NCBI GenBank assembly: GCA_016865855.1
Contig: VGNX01000005.1
Location: 165-64,164 of the forward strand
From: Chloroflexota bacterium
GTDB lineage: Bacteria; Chloroflexota; Dehalococcoidia; GIF9; UBA5629
Direction: 5' to 3'
Length of the DNA stretch: 64,000 bases
The notes below the pieces were generated by a model. That model made no database searches. It saw only the letters and a list, made by a program, of their open reading frames with translations, and had not been told where the DNA came from. Both the position numbers and the translations under genes were made by a program. This document shows, one piece after another, positions 18,796 through 27,628 of the stretch (positions are counted from its first letter, which is position 1; every line of letters starts with the position of its first letter).

Positions 18796-18933
18796 TAACA
18801 GCCGGGGAAATCCCTGAGAAGCCAGCTTATTGACATGCTGCCGAATTCTGGAACAACTTGTTCGCCAAGTCCTCCAAAGGCAGAGTTTGGATTACCATAG
18901 GAGCTAAGCCACCAAGTTTCAGTGAGTTCTCGC

Positions 18934-20280
18934 ATGCTCAAGTCTATATTAATCGCTAATCGCGGAGAAATCGCACGGCGGATAATCAGGACTGCCAAGC
19001 GATTAGGTATCCAGACCATAGCCATATATTCAGATATAGACGAGATAGCCCTGTTCGTTCAGGATGCAGACAGAGCAGTAAAGGTTGGAAGTGCTAAACC
19101 CAAAGACAGCTATCTTAATATTGACAACATTACTGCAATAGCTAAAGAGTTAGGCGTAAGCGCCATCCATCCTGGATACGGCTTCTTAGCAGAAAGGTGG
19201 GAGTTCGCCCAAAGATGCGAAGAGGAGGGCTTAATATTCATCGGACCAAAGTCTAATGTCATTAATAGTATGGGCGATAAAGCTCGCTCCCGTGAAATTG
19301 CCACAAGCTTGGGAATACCTACTCCACCAGGGAGCAGTATATTAAGCGGCGTTGAGGAGGCAAAAGACTGGGCAACCAAGCTCTCCTTTCCAGTTATTTT
19401 CAAGGCATCAGCTGGAGGTGGCGGCATAGGCATGAAAAAAGTGGAGAGTATGGAAGAAGTGGCAGAAGCCTTCGATGCCACTACAAATCGAGCTAAATTG
19501 GCTTTTGGTGATGACAGGGTTTACATCGAAAAGTATCTAGAGTCGCCACATCATATAGAAATCCAAATACTGGGAGACAGCAAGGGCAATGTGGTTACTT
19601 TCCCGGAAAGAGAATGCTCGGTACAGAGACGACATCAAAAAGTGATTGAAGAGTCACCTTCCCCTTTCACCACGCCTGAGCTAAGACAAGGAATAAGGCA
19701 AGCAGCCAAACGGCTGGCTCAAGAGCTCGGCTACACCAATGCTGGAACTGTAGAGTTCGTCGTTGACAAGCATAGGAATTTCTACTTCCTAGAAATAAAC
19801 ACCAGGCTTCAGGTGGAGCATCCGATCACGGAGATGATCACTGGCTTTGACCTGGTTGAGGAACAAATCAGGATCGCCTCAGGCGAACCTCTATCCATTA
19901 AAGAAGATAACCTAAAATGGAATGGTTGGGCTATTGAAGCCCGTATCTATGCTGAGGATTCAGAGAATTTCTACCCATCTCCAGGCAAGATGATCTCTTA
20001 CATAGAGCCCTCCGGTAAAGGAATACGAGTTGATTCTGGATACAGAGCCGGAGACACGATCAGTCAATTTTACGACCCCTTAATTGCCAAGTTAATCGTT
20101 TGGGGCGAAGACAGAGATAAAGCTATAATAAGGATGCAAAAAGCTCTGGATAATTATGAGATCACTGGCATTAAAAATAACATTCCTTTCTTGAAGAAAG
20201 CTTTTGATTCCGAAAAGTTTAAATCAGGAAACTATAATACGCACTTCATATCGAGGTTAAAGGAGGGAAAAAATGGGTGA
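18934..20280 (+). CDS. Biotin carboxylase subunit of an acyl-CoA carboxylase
   Basis: LIANRGEIA, IHPGYGFLAE, KASAGGGGIGM, RECSVQRRHQK, FLEINTRLQVEHP, YDPLIAKL; start at ATG 18934. Confidence 0.95.
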   Translation: MLKSILIANRGEIARRIIRTAKRLGIQTIAIYSDIDEIALFVQDADRAVKVGSAKPKDSYLNIDNITAIAKELGVSAIHPGYGFLAERWEFAQRCEEEGLIFIGPKSNVINSMGDKARSREIATSLGIPTPPGSSILSGVEEAKDWATKLSFPVIFKASAGGGGIGMKKVESMEEVAEAFDATTNRAKLAFGDDRVYIEKYLESPHHIEIQILGDSKGNVVTFPERECSVQRRHQKVIEESPSPFTTPELRQGIRQAAKRLAQELGYTNAGTVEFVVDKHRNFYFLEINTRLQVEHPITEMITGFDLVEEQIRIASGEPLSIKEDNLKWNGWAIEARIYAEDSENFYPSPGKMISYIEPSGKGIRVDSGYRAGDTISQFYDPLIAKLIVWGEDRDKAIIRMQKALDNYEITGIKNNIPFLKKAFDSEKFKSGNYNTHFISRLKEGKNG

Positions 20281-21844
20281 CGTAATGAGGCAGGAAGTCA
20301 AGAAACTCTCAGACCTCCGTGAAGAAATCAAGAAGATGGGGGGCGAAGAGGCTATCAAAAAACACCATGAGAGGGGAAAACTGACTGCTCGGGAGAGACT
20401 TGACCTTCTAATCGAAAAGGGGACATTTGTTGAAGTCGGCATGCTTGGTAGCGAGTTTGGTGTTGATAAGCTTGTCCCTGCTGATGGATGCATCACTGGC
20501 TATGGCAAGATAAATGACGGGGTTATCCTCAGAGATGTAGCCGTGGCAGCCTACGATTTCACGGTCAGAGGCGGCTCCATGGCAATGGTCAACGAGACTA
20601 AGGTGAGCAGAATAAGAGAAATCGCTCTTAAGCAGAGAATCCCCATGATATGGCTGGGTGATTCAGGAGGTGCCCGGGTCAGTGGTGGAGGGCTCAGTGG
20701 CGAGAGGGTAGCATTGTTTGCTGAGTCCGGCTACCTCTTTAAAGAGGAATCGCTGATGTCAGGCATAATCCCGCAAATCGCGGCTATGATGGGGCCCGGA
20801 TATGCTGGCACTGCTTACATACCTGGCCTCTCCGATTTCGTGCCCATGGTTAAAGGGACAAGTTTTATGGGTCTAGGAGGCCCATCTCTGGTGGAAATGG
20901 TGATTCGAGAAAAACTCACCGAAGACCAGCTTGGAGGGTCAAAAGTCCACTGTGAAATGAGTGGCTGTGGCGACCTGGAAGTAGAGTCAGACGAAGAGTG
21001 TATTAAGGCAATAAAGCAATATCTCTCTTTCTTTCCACAGAATTGCGACCACAAACCGCTCCGAAAGGAATGGACAGGAGACCCTGAAGCATTGATTTCC
21101 GACGGTATATTGAATGTTATTCCGGACAGTCCTCGAGAAGCTTACGACATGCACGACCTCATAAAATATATTGTGGACGACCGTTATTTCTTTGAAATGA
21201 AACCAAAATGGGGAAGGAATATTATTGTTGCGTTCGGGAGGATAGCTGGCTATTCGATTGGTATTGTGGCAAATAACCCCATGTTTTACGGTGGTGTCAT
21301 TGACATAGATGCTGCTGATAAGGCAGCCCGTTTTATCTGGCTCTGCGATGCTTTCAATATCCCGCTTCTTTTCCTTTCCGATGTCCCTGGCTTTATGGTC
21401 GGGTCCAAAGCCGAGAAATCAGGGATTATAAGACACGGAGCCAAGATGATTCACGCCGTGGCTGAAGCTACGGTTCCCAAATTTACCCTAATCGTCAGAA
21501 AATCCTACGGCGCCGGCTATTACGCTATGTGCGGCCGGTCTTTTGACCCTGACCTGCTGATTGCCTACCCTGGCGCAGAGATATCAGTTATGGGCTCCGA
21601 GGGCATGGTATCCATTTTCGCCAGAAAACAGCTGGCCGAGGCTGAAAATCCACAGGAGATGGTTGAGCGGCTGGCCGACGAAATAAGACCGCAGATTAAT
21701 ATCTTTAAGACCGCTAAGTTTGGCATTGTTGATGATGTTATTGATCCAAGAGAGACTAGAAAGGTCTTAATCAGAGCTCTTGAATTCACCAAGGATAAGA
21801 AGATATTCAGACATCCCAGAAAGCATGGCGTCTACCCCGTTTAA
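20273..21844 (+). CDS. Acyl-CoA carboxylase carboxyltransferase (beta) subunit
   Basis: GKLTARERL..L, DFTV.GGS, DSGGAR, DVPGFMVG...E..GII.HGAK, RKSYGAG.YAM, IDP.ETR. Confidence 0.93.
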   Translation: MGDVMRQEVKKLSDLREEIKKMGGEEAIKKHHERGKLTARERLDLLIEKGTFVEVGMLGSEFGVDKLVPADGCITGYGKINDGVILRDVAVAAYDFTVRGGSMAMVNETKVSRIREIALKQRIPMIWLGDSGGARVSGGGLSGERVALFAESGYLFKEESLMSGIIPQIAAMMGPGYAGTAYIPGLSDFVPMVKGTSFMGLGGPSLVEMVIREKLTEDQLGGSKVHCEMSGCGDLEVESDEECIKAIKQYLSFFPQNCDHKPLRKEWTGDPEALISDGILNVIPDSPREAYDMHDLIKYIVDDRYFFEMKPKWGRNIIVAFGRIAGYSIGIVANNPMFYGGVIDIDAADKAARFIWLCDAFNIPLLFLSDVPGFMVGSKAEKSGIIRHGAKMIHAVAEATVPKFTLIVRKSYGAGYYAMCGRSFDPDLLIAYPGAEISVMGSEGMVSIFARKQLAEAENPQEMVERLADEIRPQINIFKTAKFGIVDDVIDPRETRKVLIRALEFTKDKKIFRHPRKHGVYPV

Positions 21845-21855
21845 GGAGGCCTCGA

Positions 21856-22641
21856 ATGTACCAGACTATAACAATCGAAGTAAAAGACAAAGTGGCCACA
21901 ATCACGCTATCCCGAGAAGAGAGGAGAAATGCCATCTCACCAACAATGATGACTGAACTTCTTGACGCCATAAAGAAATATGACGATGACCCAAACGTGC
22001 TCGCTATCGTGCTAACTGGAGCCGGCAGCAAAGTTTTTTGCGCCGGGGCTGATTTTGGAGAGTCTATGGGTGCCACAGCAAGCTTCCTTGAGCGCCATGA
22101 AGAGCAAAGGAAGTTCGCTGAGCTTTTCAAAATAATTAAGGGATTGAAGAAACCTTTGCTCGGCCGGATTAACGGTCATGCTCTGGGCGGCGGACTTGGT
22201 CTGGCTTGTGCTTGTGACATAGTAATTGCGGCTGACGACTGCCGCTTTGGCACACCGGAAATAAACGTTGGGCTGTTCCCCTACGTGATTATGGCAACCT
22301 TGCTTCGGTTCACTTCAGCCCCAAAACGGCTACTAGAAATGATGCTAACCGGTGAAAGAGTTGATGCCAAAGAAGCACAACAACTCGGCCTGGTGAATTA
22401 TGCTGTACCCAGAGAGCAACTCGATGCAAAAGTTGACGAAATCACTAAAAAAATAGTCAACAAAAGCCCGGCTATCCTGAGACTTGGCAGAAGGGCTTTT
22501 TATACCATGCGAGATATGGAATATGAAAAGGCGCTAGAATATTTGGCGTCCATGCTGGCAATCAATACTATGGCTGAAGACGTAGCTGAGGGCATCGCTG
22601 CCTTTCTTGAGAAGCGGGAACCAGTATGGAAAGGAAAATGA
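21856..22641 (+). CDS. Enoyl-CoA hydratase/isomerase family protein
   Basis: FCAGAD, INGHALGGG.GL..ACD, FGTPE..VGL.P, EG..AFLEKR.P.W. Confidence 0.9.
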   Translation: MYQTITIEVKDKVATITLSREERRNAISPTMMTELLDAIKKYDDDPNVLAIVLTGAGSKVFCAGADFGESMGATASFLERHEEQRKFAELFKIIKGLKKPLLGRINGHALGGGLGLACACDIVIAADDCRFGTPEINVGLFPYVIMATLLRFTSAPKRLLEMMLTGERVDAKEAQQLGLVNYAVPREQLDAKVDEITKKIVNKSPAILRLGRRAFYTMRDMEYEKALEYLASMLAINTMAEDVAEGIAAFLEKREPVWKGK

Positions 22642-22656
22642 AAGAGAGGAACAACC

Positions 22657-23526
22657 ATGAGTTTAGAAGATAAAGTAGTAATAACTGCCGCCTTGACCGG
22701 AGTCGCAGCCAACAGAGACCAATGTAAATGGATCCCTTATACCCCCCAAGAGATCGGTGAAGAAGCGCTAAATGCATACAATGCAGGAGCTTCAATAGTA
22801 CATATCCATGGTAGGGAATATGATGGCAGACCATCCTGGAGGGTGGAGATTTTTCGAGAGATTATGCAGGAGGTCAGGAAAAGGTGCCCTATCATAATAA
22901 ACTTTTCCACTGGGGCTGTGGGCGTAGATAAGGATACAAGAATGGCTCATATTCGTGAACTGAAACCGGAAATTGCGGCGTTAAACATGGGGACAATGAA
23001 TTATGCCAAATATAGCCAAAGACGTAAAAACTTCGTCTTCTCCGTGGTTTTCCAGAATCCGTTTGATGATATAATGTTCTTTTTGGATACCATGAACCAA
23101 AATGGCGTGAAGCCAGAATGCGAATGCTTCGACCTCGGGCATTTAGAGAGTATTTTCCCGTTAATGGATATGGGATTGCTTAAGAATTTTCAAGTAAGCC
23201 TGATTATGGGAGTGGTCGGTGGCATGGCTGCCACGGCTAGAAATCTGGCTCACCTGGCCACTGTGGTTCCTTCCGGTATAGCCTGGCAAGTCATCGGTAT
23301 CAGCCAAGACCAGTGGCTCTTAATAGCTACAGCTTTGGCTCTGGGCGGGAATGTCAGAGTTGGTCTCGAAGATAACTTCTATCTATCGCCTGACGAGATG
23401 GCACAAGGGAACGGGCCGCTGGTAGAAAAAGCAGTACGAATGGCGCGAGACATCGGCAGAGAACCAGCAACGGCGGAGGAAGCTAAGATCATTCTAGGGT
23501 TGGCTGAAACAAAGGGCAAAGATTAA
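22657..23526 (+). CDS. Beta-keto acid cleavage enzyme (BKACE, DUF849)
   Basis: ITAALTG, AGAS.VHIH.R, STG, KPE.ECFD.GH, GG.VRVGLEDN. Confidence 0.9.
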   Translation: MSLEDKVVITAALTGVAANRDQCKWIPYTPQEIGEEALNAYNAGASIVHIHGREYDGRPSWRVEIFREIMQEVRKRCPIIINFSTGAVGVDKDTRMAHIRELKPEIAALNMGTMNYAKYSQRRKNFVFSVVFQNPFDDIMFFLDTMNQNGVKPECECFDLGHLESIFPLMDMGLLKNFQVSLIMGVVGGMAATARNLAHLATVVPSGIAWQVIGISQDQWLLIATALALGGNVRVGLEDNFYLSPDEMAQGNGPLVEKAVRMARDIGREPATAEEAKIILGLAETKGKD

Positions 23527-23546
23527 GTAACTGAGTTAAGCCAGCC

Positions 23547-23762
23547 ATGACAGAAGTACTTTCACCTATTACAGGCAGTGTCTGGAAGATTGTGGTAGAA
23601 GTCGGTGCGGTAATCAGTGAGAGCGAAACTATTGTCATCTTGGAATCTATGAAAATGGAAATCAGAGTAAAGTCACCCCATAATGGGAAAGTGGTGGAAA
23701 TCAGAGTAAAAGAAGGTGACTCCATTTTAGAAGATGATGTTATCGCCATCATCGAGCAGTGA
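23547..23762 (+). CDS. Stand-alone biotin carboxyl carrier protein
   Basis: 71 aa lipoyl/biotinyl domain with LESMKME. Confidence 0.9.
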   Translation: MTEVLSPITGSVWKIVVEVGAVISESETIVILESMKMEIRVKSPHNGKVVEIRVKEGDSILEDDVIAIIEQ

Positions 23763-23795
23763 TTGCCTTAATTTCGAGCTCGGAGGGTAAATAGT

Positions 23796-24986
23796 ATGGA
23801 CTTTAGATTTACCGAAGAAGAGGTATCATTTAGGGAAGAGGTTCGCCAATGGCTTAAGCAAGAGATTCCGCAGAGGTGGACTGAACTTGATCCTGGGATT
23901 TGGGAAGAAACTGAGGAGTCTTGGGCACTTTCACGACAGTTCCAGCGCAAACTGGGGCAGAAGGGTTGGCTGACACCAGCATATCCTAAGGATTACGGCG
24001 GCTTGGAATTAAGCCACATGAAACGGCTCATTCTTGCCGAAGAATTGGCTTACAATAGAGCACCGATAAGCATAGAGGTAGAAATCACAGTAAACTGGGT
24101 GGCTCCCACCATCATCCTCTTTGGAACTGAGAAGCAAAAGGAAGACTATGTAACTAGGGTGGCAAAGGGTGATATAATCTTCTGCCTCGGCTATAGTGAA
24201 CCAAATGCTGGCTCAGACCTTGCCGCGCTTCAGACACGCGCTGTAGAAGTTGGCGACGAATATGTGATTAACGGCCAGAAAACATGGTGCAGTTACGGCC
24301 ACCTCGCTGACTATTGCTGGCTCGCTGCCAGAACCGACCCTGATGTTCCCAAGCATAAGGGAGTCAGCATGTTCGTCGTCGACATGAAGACACCAGGAAT
24401 TACCGTACGCCCTCTGATAAACGTCCTGAATCGCCACTCTTTTAACGAAGTTTTCTTCGATGATGTACGTATCCCCAAGGAAAACCTGGTAGGGCAGAAA
24501 AACAATGGTTGGTACCAACTGGTGATCGCCCTAGACTTTGAACGCTCCTCCATTGGTGGGCCTGCTGCAAACCAACGGCTCATCGAAGAATTAGTCCACT
24601 ACGCCAAAGAAACCAAGCGAAATGGAGAGCCCCTTGCCGATGACCCGCTGATCAGGAATGAGCTGGCAAATGTAGCAGTGGAGAATGAAGTTGCTCGCAT
24701 GGTCTGCTATCGCATCGCCTGGATGTACAGCAAGGGGCTTCACCCCAGCTATGAGTCTTCTATGTCAATGGTTTTTGCCAGCGAAGTACTTAGACACATG
24801 GCTAACGTAGGAATGCGCATTCTGGGGCACTATGGGGAATTGGACAGGGATTCTAAATGGACTATCATGAACGCAAGGATAATGCGAATGTGTTTAAGCT
24901 CGCTCTCCATAGGCGTCGGTGGCGGCTCAAACGAGATTCAACGCAACATTATCGCTATGAGAGGATTAGGATTGCCACGCCAGTGA
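23796..24986 (+). CDS. Acyl-CoA dehydrogenase (catalytic-type subunit, FadE26/29-like clade)
   Basis: GYSEPNAGSDLA.L.TRA, INGQK.W.S, FNEVFFD.VR.P, L..ER, GGG.NEIQRNIIA.RGLGLPR. Confidence 0.92.
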   Translation: MDFRFTEEEVSFREEVRQWLKQEIPQRWTELDPGIWEETEESWALSRQFQRKLGQKGWLTPAYPKDYGGLELSHMKRLILAEELAYNRAPISIEVEITVNWVAPTIILFGTEKQKEDYVTRVAKGDIIFCLGYSEPNAGSDLAALQTRAVEVGDEYVINGQKTWCSYGHLADYCWLAARTDPDVPKHKGVSMFVVDMKTPGITVRPLINVLNRHSFNEVFFDDVRIPKENLVGQKNNGWYQLVIALDFERSSIGGPAANQRLIEELVHYAKETKRNGEPLADDPLIRNELANVAVENEVARMVCYRIAWMYSKGLHPSYESSMSMVFASEVLRHMANVGMRILGHYGELDRDSKWTIMNARIMRMCLSSLSIGVGGGSNEIQRNIIAMRGLGLPRQ

Positions 24987-25033
24987 GTTTTGCCAAATCT
25001 GAGTTTAAACAAAGTTTTTAAGAAGGGAAAGTT

Positions 25034-26230
25034 ATGGATTTCAGATTTAGCGAAAAAGAAGAGGCTTTTCGAAGAGAGGTCGAGGATTTCATAAAGAAGG
25101 AACTTCCTGCTGACTGGACTGAGAAGAATATCTATTGGCCTGGAGGATACGGCACTTTGGCAGAATTCGAAGTGGTCAACCCACAAATCGAACGATTCAG
25201 ACGTGGTTTAGCTGAAAAGGGCTGGCTTACCATCTCATGGCCCAAAGAATATGGTGGAGCCGGACGGACCAACATTGAGCAGGCCATCTTCCACGAACGT
25301 ATAAGTTACTACAGGGCACCTGCTGGAGAAGTGGCTACGGAAATCGGCGGCCCCACTATTATGCTCTTTGGCAGCGAGGAAATGAGAAGGGAATGGCTAC
25401 CTAGGATAGCCAAAGGGGAAACAAGGTTCTGGCTGGCCTACAGCGAACCCAATGCTGGCTCCGACCTTGCCTCCCTACAGACCAGAGCAGTAGATGATGG
25501 CGATGACCTTATTATCAATGGCCAGAAAACTTGGAGCACCGCTGCCCACGTGTCACATTATGCCTGGATGGTCGTCAGGACAGACCCCACTGCCCCACCA
25601 CATAAAGGCATTACGCTACTCATTGTAGATAATAACTCACCAGGTGTTACCATTCGCCCCTTGATAAACATCTGTGGCTTCCATTCGTTCAACGAAGTTT
25701 TTTTCGATAATGTACGGGTTCCTAAGAAGAACATCGTCGGCGAGAGAAACAAAGGCTGGTACTATCTGATGGTAGCCCTAGACTTCGAGAGGCTTGTGAT
25801 CCCCATGGGGGGCTTCAGGCGAACCTTCGAAGAAATAACCCAATATGCCAAAGAGACAAAACACAATGGTCAGCCTCTAAGCCATGAGCCTTTAATAAGG
25901 AATAAACTAGCTGAGATAGCAATCCAAATTGAAGTAGCTTACATGTTCTTCTGGCAAACAGCCTGGATGCTCGATAAAGGGCTTGTCCCGAATATCGAGG
26001 CATCAGTGCTGAAGCTGGTTACCACCGAGCTAAGCCAGAAGCTGGCCAATGCCGGGATGCAGGTTATGGGACATTATGGTCAACTGGAAAGGAATTCCAA
26101 GTGGTCACCTTTGAGAGGAAGAGTTTCCGCTGGCTACTTAGATTGCATCTCTGCTCTCGTTGGTGCCGGCACTTCTGAAATTCAGCGCAACATCATCGCT
26201 ATGAGAGGACTTGGGTTGCCCCGGGGATAG
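25034..26230 (+). CDS. Acyl-CoA dehydrogenase (second catalytic-type paralog)
   Basis: YSEPNAGSDLASL.TRA, FNEVFFDNV.VP, GAGTSEIQRNIIAMRGLGLPR. Confidence 0.92.
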   Translation: MDFRFSEKEEAFRREVEDFIKKELPADWTEKNIYWPGGYGTLAEFEVVNPQIERFRRGLAEKGWLTISWPKEYGGAGRTNIEQAIFHERISYYRAPAGEVATEIGGPTIMLFGSEEMRREWLPRIAKGETRFWLAYSEPNAGSDLASLQTRAVDDGDDLIINGQKTWSTAAHVSHYAWMVVRTDPTAPPHKGITLLIVDNNSPGVTIRPLINICGFHSFNEVFFDNVRVPKKNIVGERNKGWYYLMVALDFERLVIPMGGFRRTFEEITQYAKETKHNGQPLSHEPLIRNKLAEIAIQIEVAYMFFWQTAWMLDKGLVPNIEASVLKLVTTELSQKLANAGMQVMGHYGQLERNSKWSPLRGRVSAGYLDCISALVGAGTSEIQRNIIAMRGLGLPRG

Positions 26231-26278
26231 ATAAGCCTGAAGAAGATTATGTAAACCTGTATAGATAGGAGGAATAAA

Positions 26279-27412
26279 ATGGAACTTGGTCTGACTGAAG
26301 AACAGGAAATGCTGAAGACATCAGCCCGTGACTTTCTGGAAAAGGAATGCCCAAAACAACTGGTCAGGCAATTAGACGAGAGTGACAAGGGGTATTCCCC
26401 GGAACTATGGCGAAAGATGGCAGAACTAGGCTGGATGGGGCTGGTATTTCCTGAGAAATATGGTGGCAGCGGTGGCAGCTTCCTGGACTTGATAGTCCTG
26501 CTTGAGGCGATGGGATACAACATCCTGCCTGGCCCATTTCTTTCAACCGTAGTTCTCGGTGGCCTAACTATCTTAGCCGCCGGAAGTGAGGAACAAAAGA
26601 AGGAATTCCTGCCTAAAGTTGCCAATGGGGAGACGATTCTCACCCTTGCATTAACTGAGCCCAGCGCTGACTATAACGCAGCATCAATTAAGACCAAGAC
26701 TACAGCACGTAACGATGGATATGTTATCAATGGCACCAAGCTTTTTGTCCCTGATGCTAACGTTGCCGACTACATATTATGTGTGGCTAGAACAAAAGAA
26801 GGGAAGAACCCAGAAGACGGAGTTGCCGTTTTCCTGGTCGATGCCAAAAGCCCGGGAGTCAAATGCACCCTCCTCAAAACCCTGGCTCGGGACAAACAAT
26901 GTGAAATTATCTTCGACAATGTGACTGTACCAAAGAAGAACATACTGGGAAAGCCTGATCAAGGCTGGCCAATAGTGGAAGGGGCTATCCAGAAAGCAAC
27001 AGTGGCAAAATGCGCTGAGATGGTCGGTGGCGCTCAAGCCGCGCTAGAGATGGCTGTCAGATATGCCAAGGAAAGAGTTCAGTTCGGCAGACCCATCGGC
27101 AGTTTCCAAGCCATCCAGCACTACTGTGCCAACATGGTAACAGATGTCGATGGTTCACGGTTCATTACCTATAAGGCAGCTTGGGAGGTAAGCGAGGGAC
27201 TTCCAGCCACCATGGATGTGGCTATAGCTAAAGCCTGGATCAGCGAAGCCTATGGGCGAGTTACCCTCTTAGCACACCAGATATTCGGGGCCATTGGTTT
27301 TACCATGGACCACGATATCCACCTCTACTATAGGCGGGCGAAGGCTGGTGAGATAATGTTTGGCGATGGGGATTTCCAACGTGCTATCGTGGCCAGCGAG
27401 TTAGGACTCTAA
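26279..27412 (+). CDS. Acyl-CoA dehydrogenase (partner/beta-type subunit, FadE27/28-like)
   Basis: E.G....PGP..ST, R.QFGRPIGSFQAIQH, HQ..GAIGFT..HD..LYYRRA; lacks the GSD and C-terminal EIQR motifs. Confidence 0.9.
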   Translation: MELGLTEEQEMLKTSARDFLEKECPKQLVRQLDESDKGYSPELWRKMAELGWMGLVFPEKYGGSGGSFLDLIVLLEAMGYNILPGPFLSTVVLGGLTILAAGSEEQKKEFLPKVANGETILTLALTEPSADYNAASIKTKTTARNDGYVINGTKLFVPDANVADYILCVARTKEGKNPEDGVAVFLVDAKSPGVKCTLLKTLARDKQCEIIFDNVTVPKKNILGKPDQGWPIVEGAIQKATVAKCAEMVGGAQAALEMAVRYAKERVQFGRPIGSFQAIQHYCANMVTDVDGSRFITYKAAWEVSEGLPATMDVAIAKAWISEAYGRVTLLAHQIFGAIGFTMDHDIHLYYRRAKAGEIMFGDGDFQRAIVASELGL

Positions 27413-27419
27413 TTTAACC

Positions 27420-27448
27420 TGTCATTGCGAGCAAAGTGTGGCAATCTC
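27420..27448. repeat. TGTCATTGCGAG...GCAATCT palindromic-repeat half unit
   Basis: Same TGTCATTGCGAG start as the repeats at 28578-28792 and 42058-42175. Confidence 0.6.
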
Positions 27449-27466
27449 TGGGATTGGAAAGTCTAC

Positions 27467-27618
27467 AGGCTGTCCGAAAATGTAGTCCCGACCCTTTAGG
27501 GTCGGGCTCCCGAGGCTAAAGCCTCGGGGCTACATGTTTAATGTATATCACCAATGAGCTATAATTTTTCCCGCAACGTGGGAGAGACAGATTGCCAGTT
27601 AGAGTTTTCGGCCAGCCT
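27467..27618. mobile_element. ~152-bp MITE copy A containing a GTAG REP doublet
   Basis: TIRs AGGCTGTCCGAAAA / TTTTCGGCCAGCCT; internal GTAG-CCCGACCCTTTAGGGTCGGG-CCCGAGGCTAAAGCCTCGGG-CTAC (27482-27533); near-identical copies at 33734-33885 (inverted) and 63917-64000. Confidence 0.8.
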
Positions 27619-27628
27619 CTCTATTCTT

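Noticed and set aside
18796-18933. Riboswitch in the ~140-nt leader of the biotin carboxylase
   Set aside because: A GGGAA...CCC fragment is present, but no full cobalamin, SAM, TPP or other consensus could be traced
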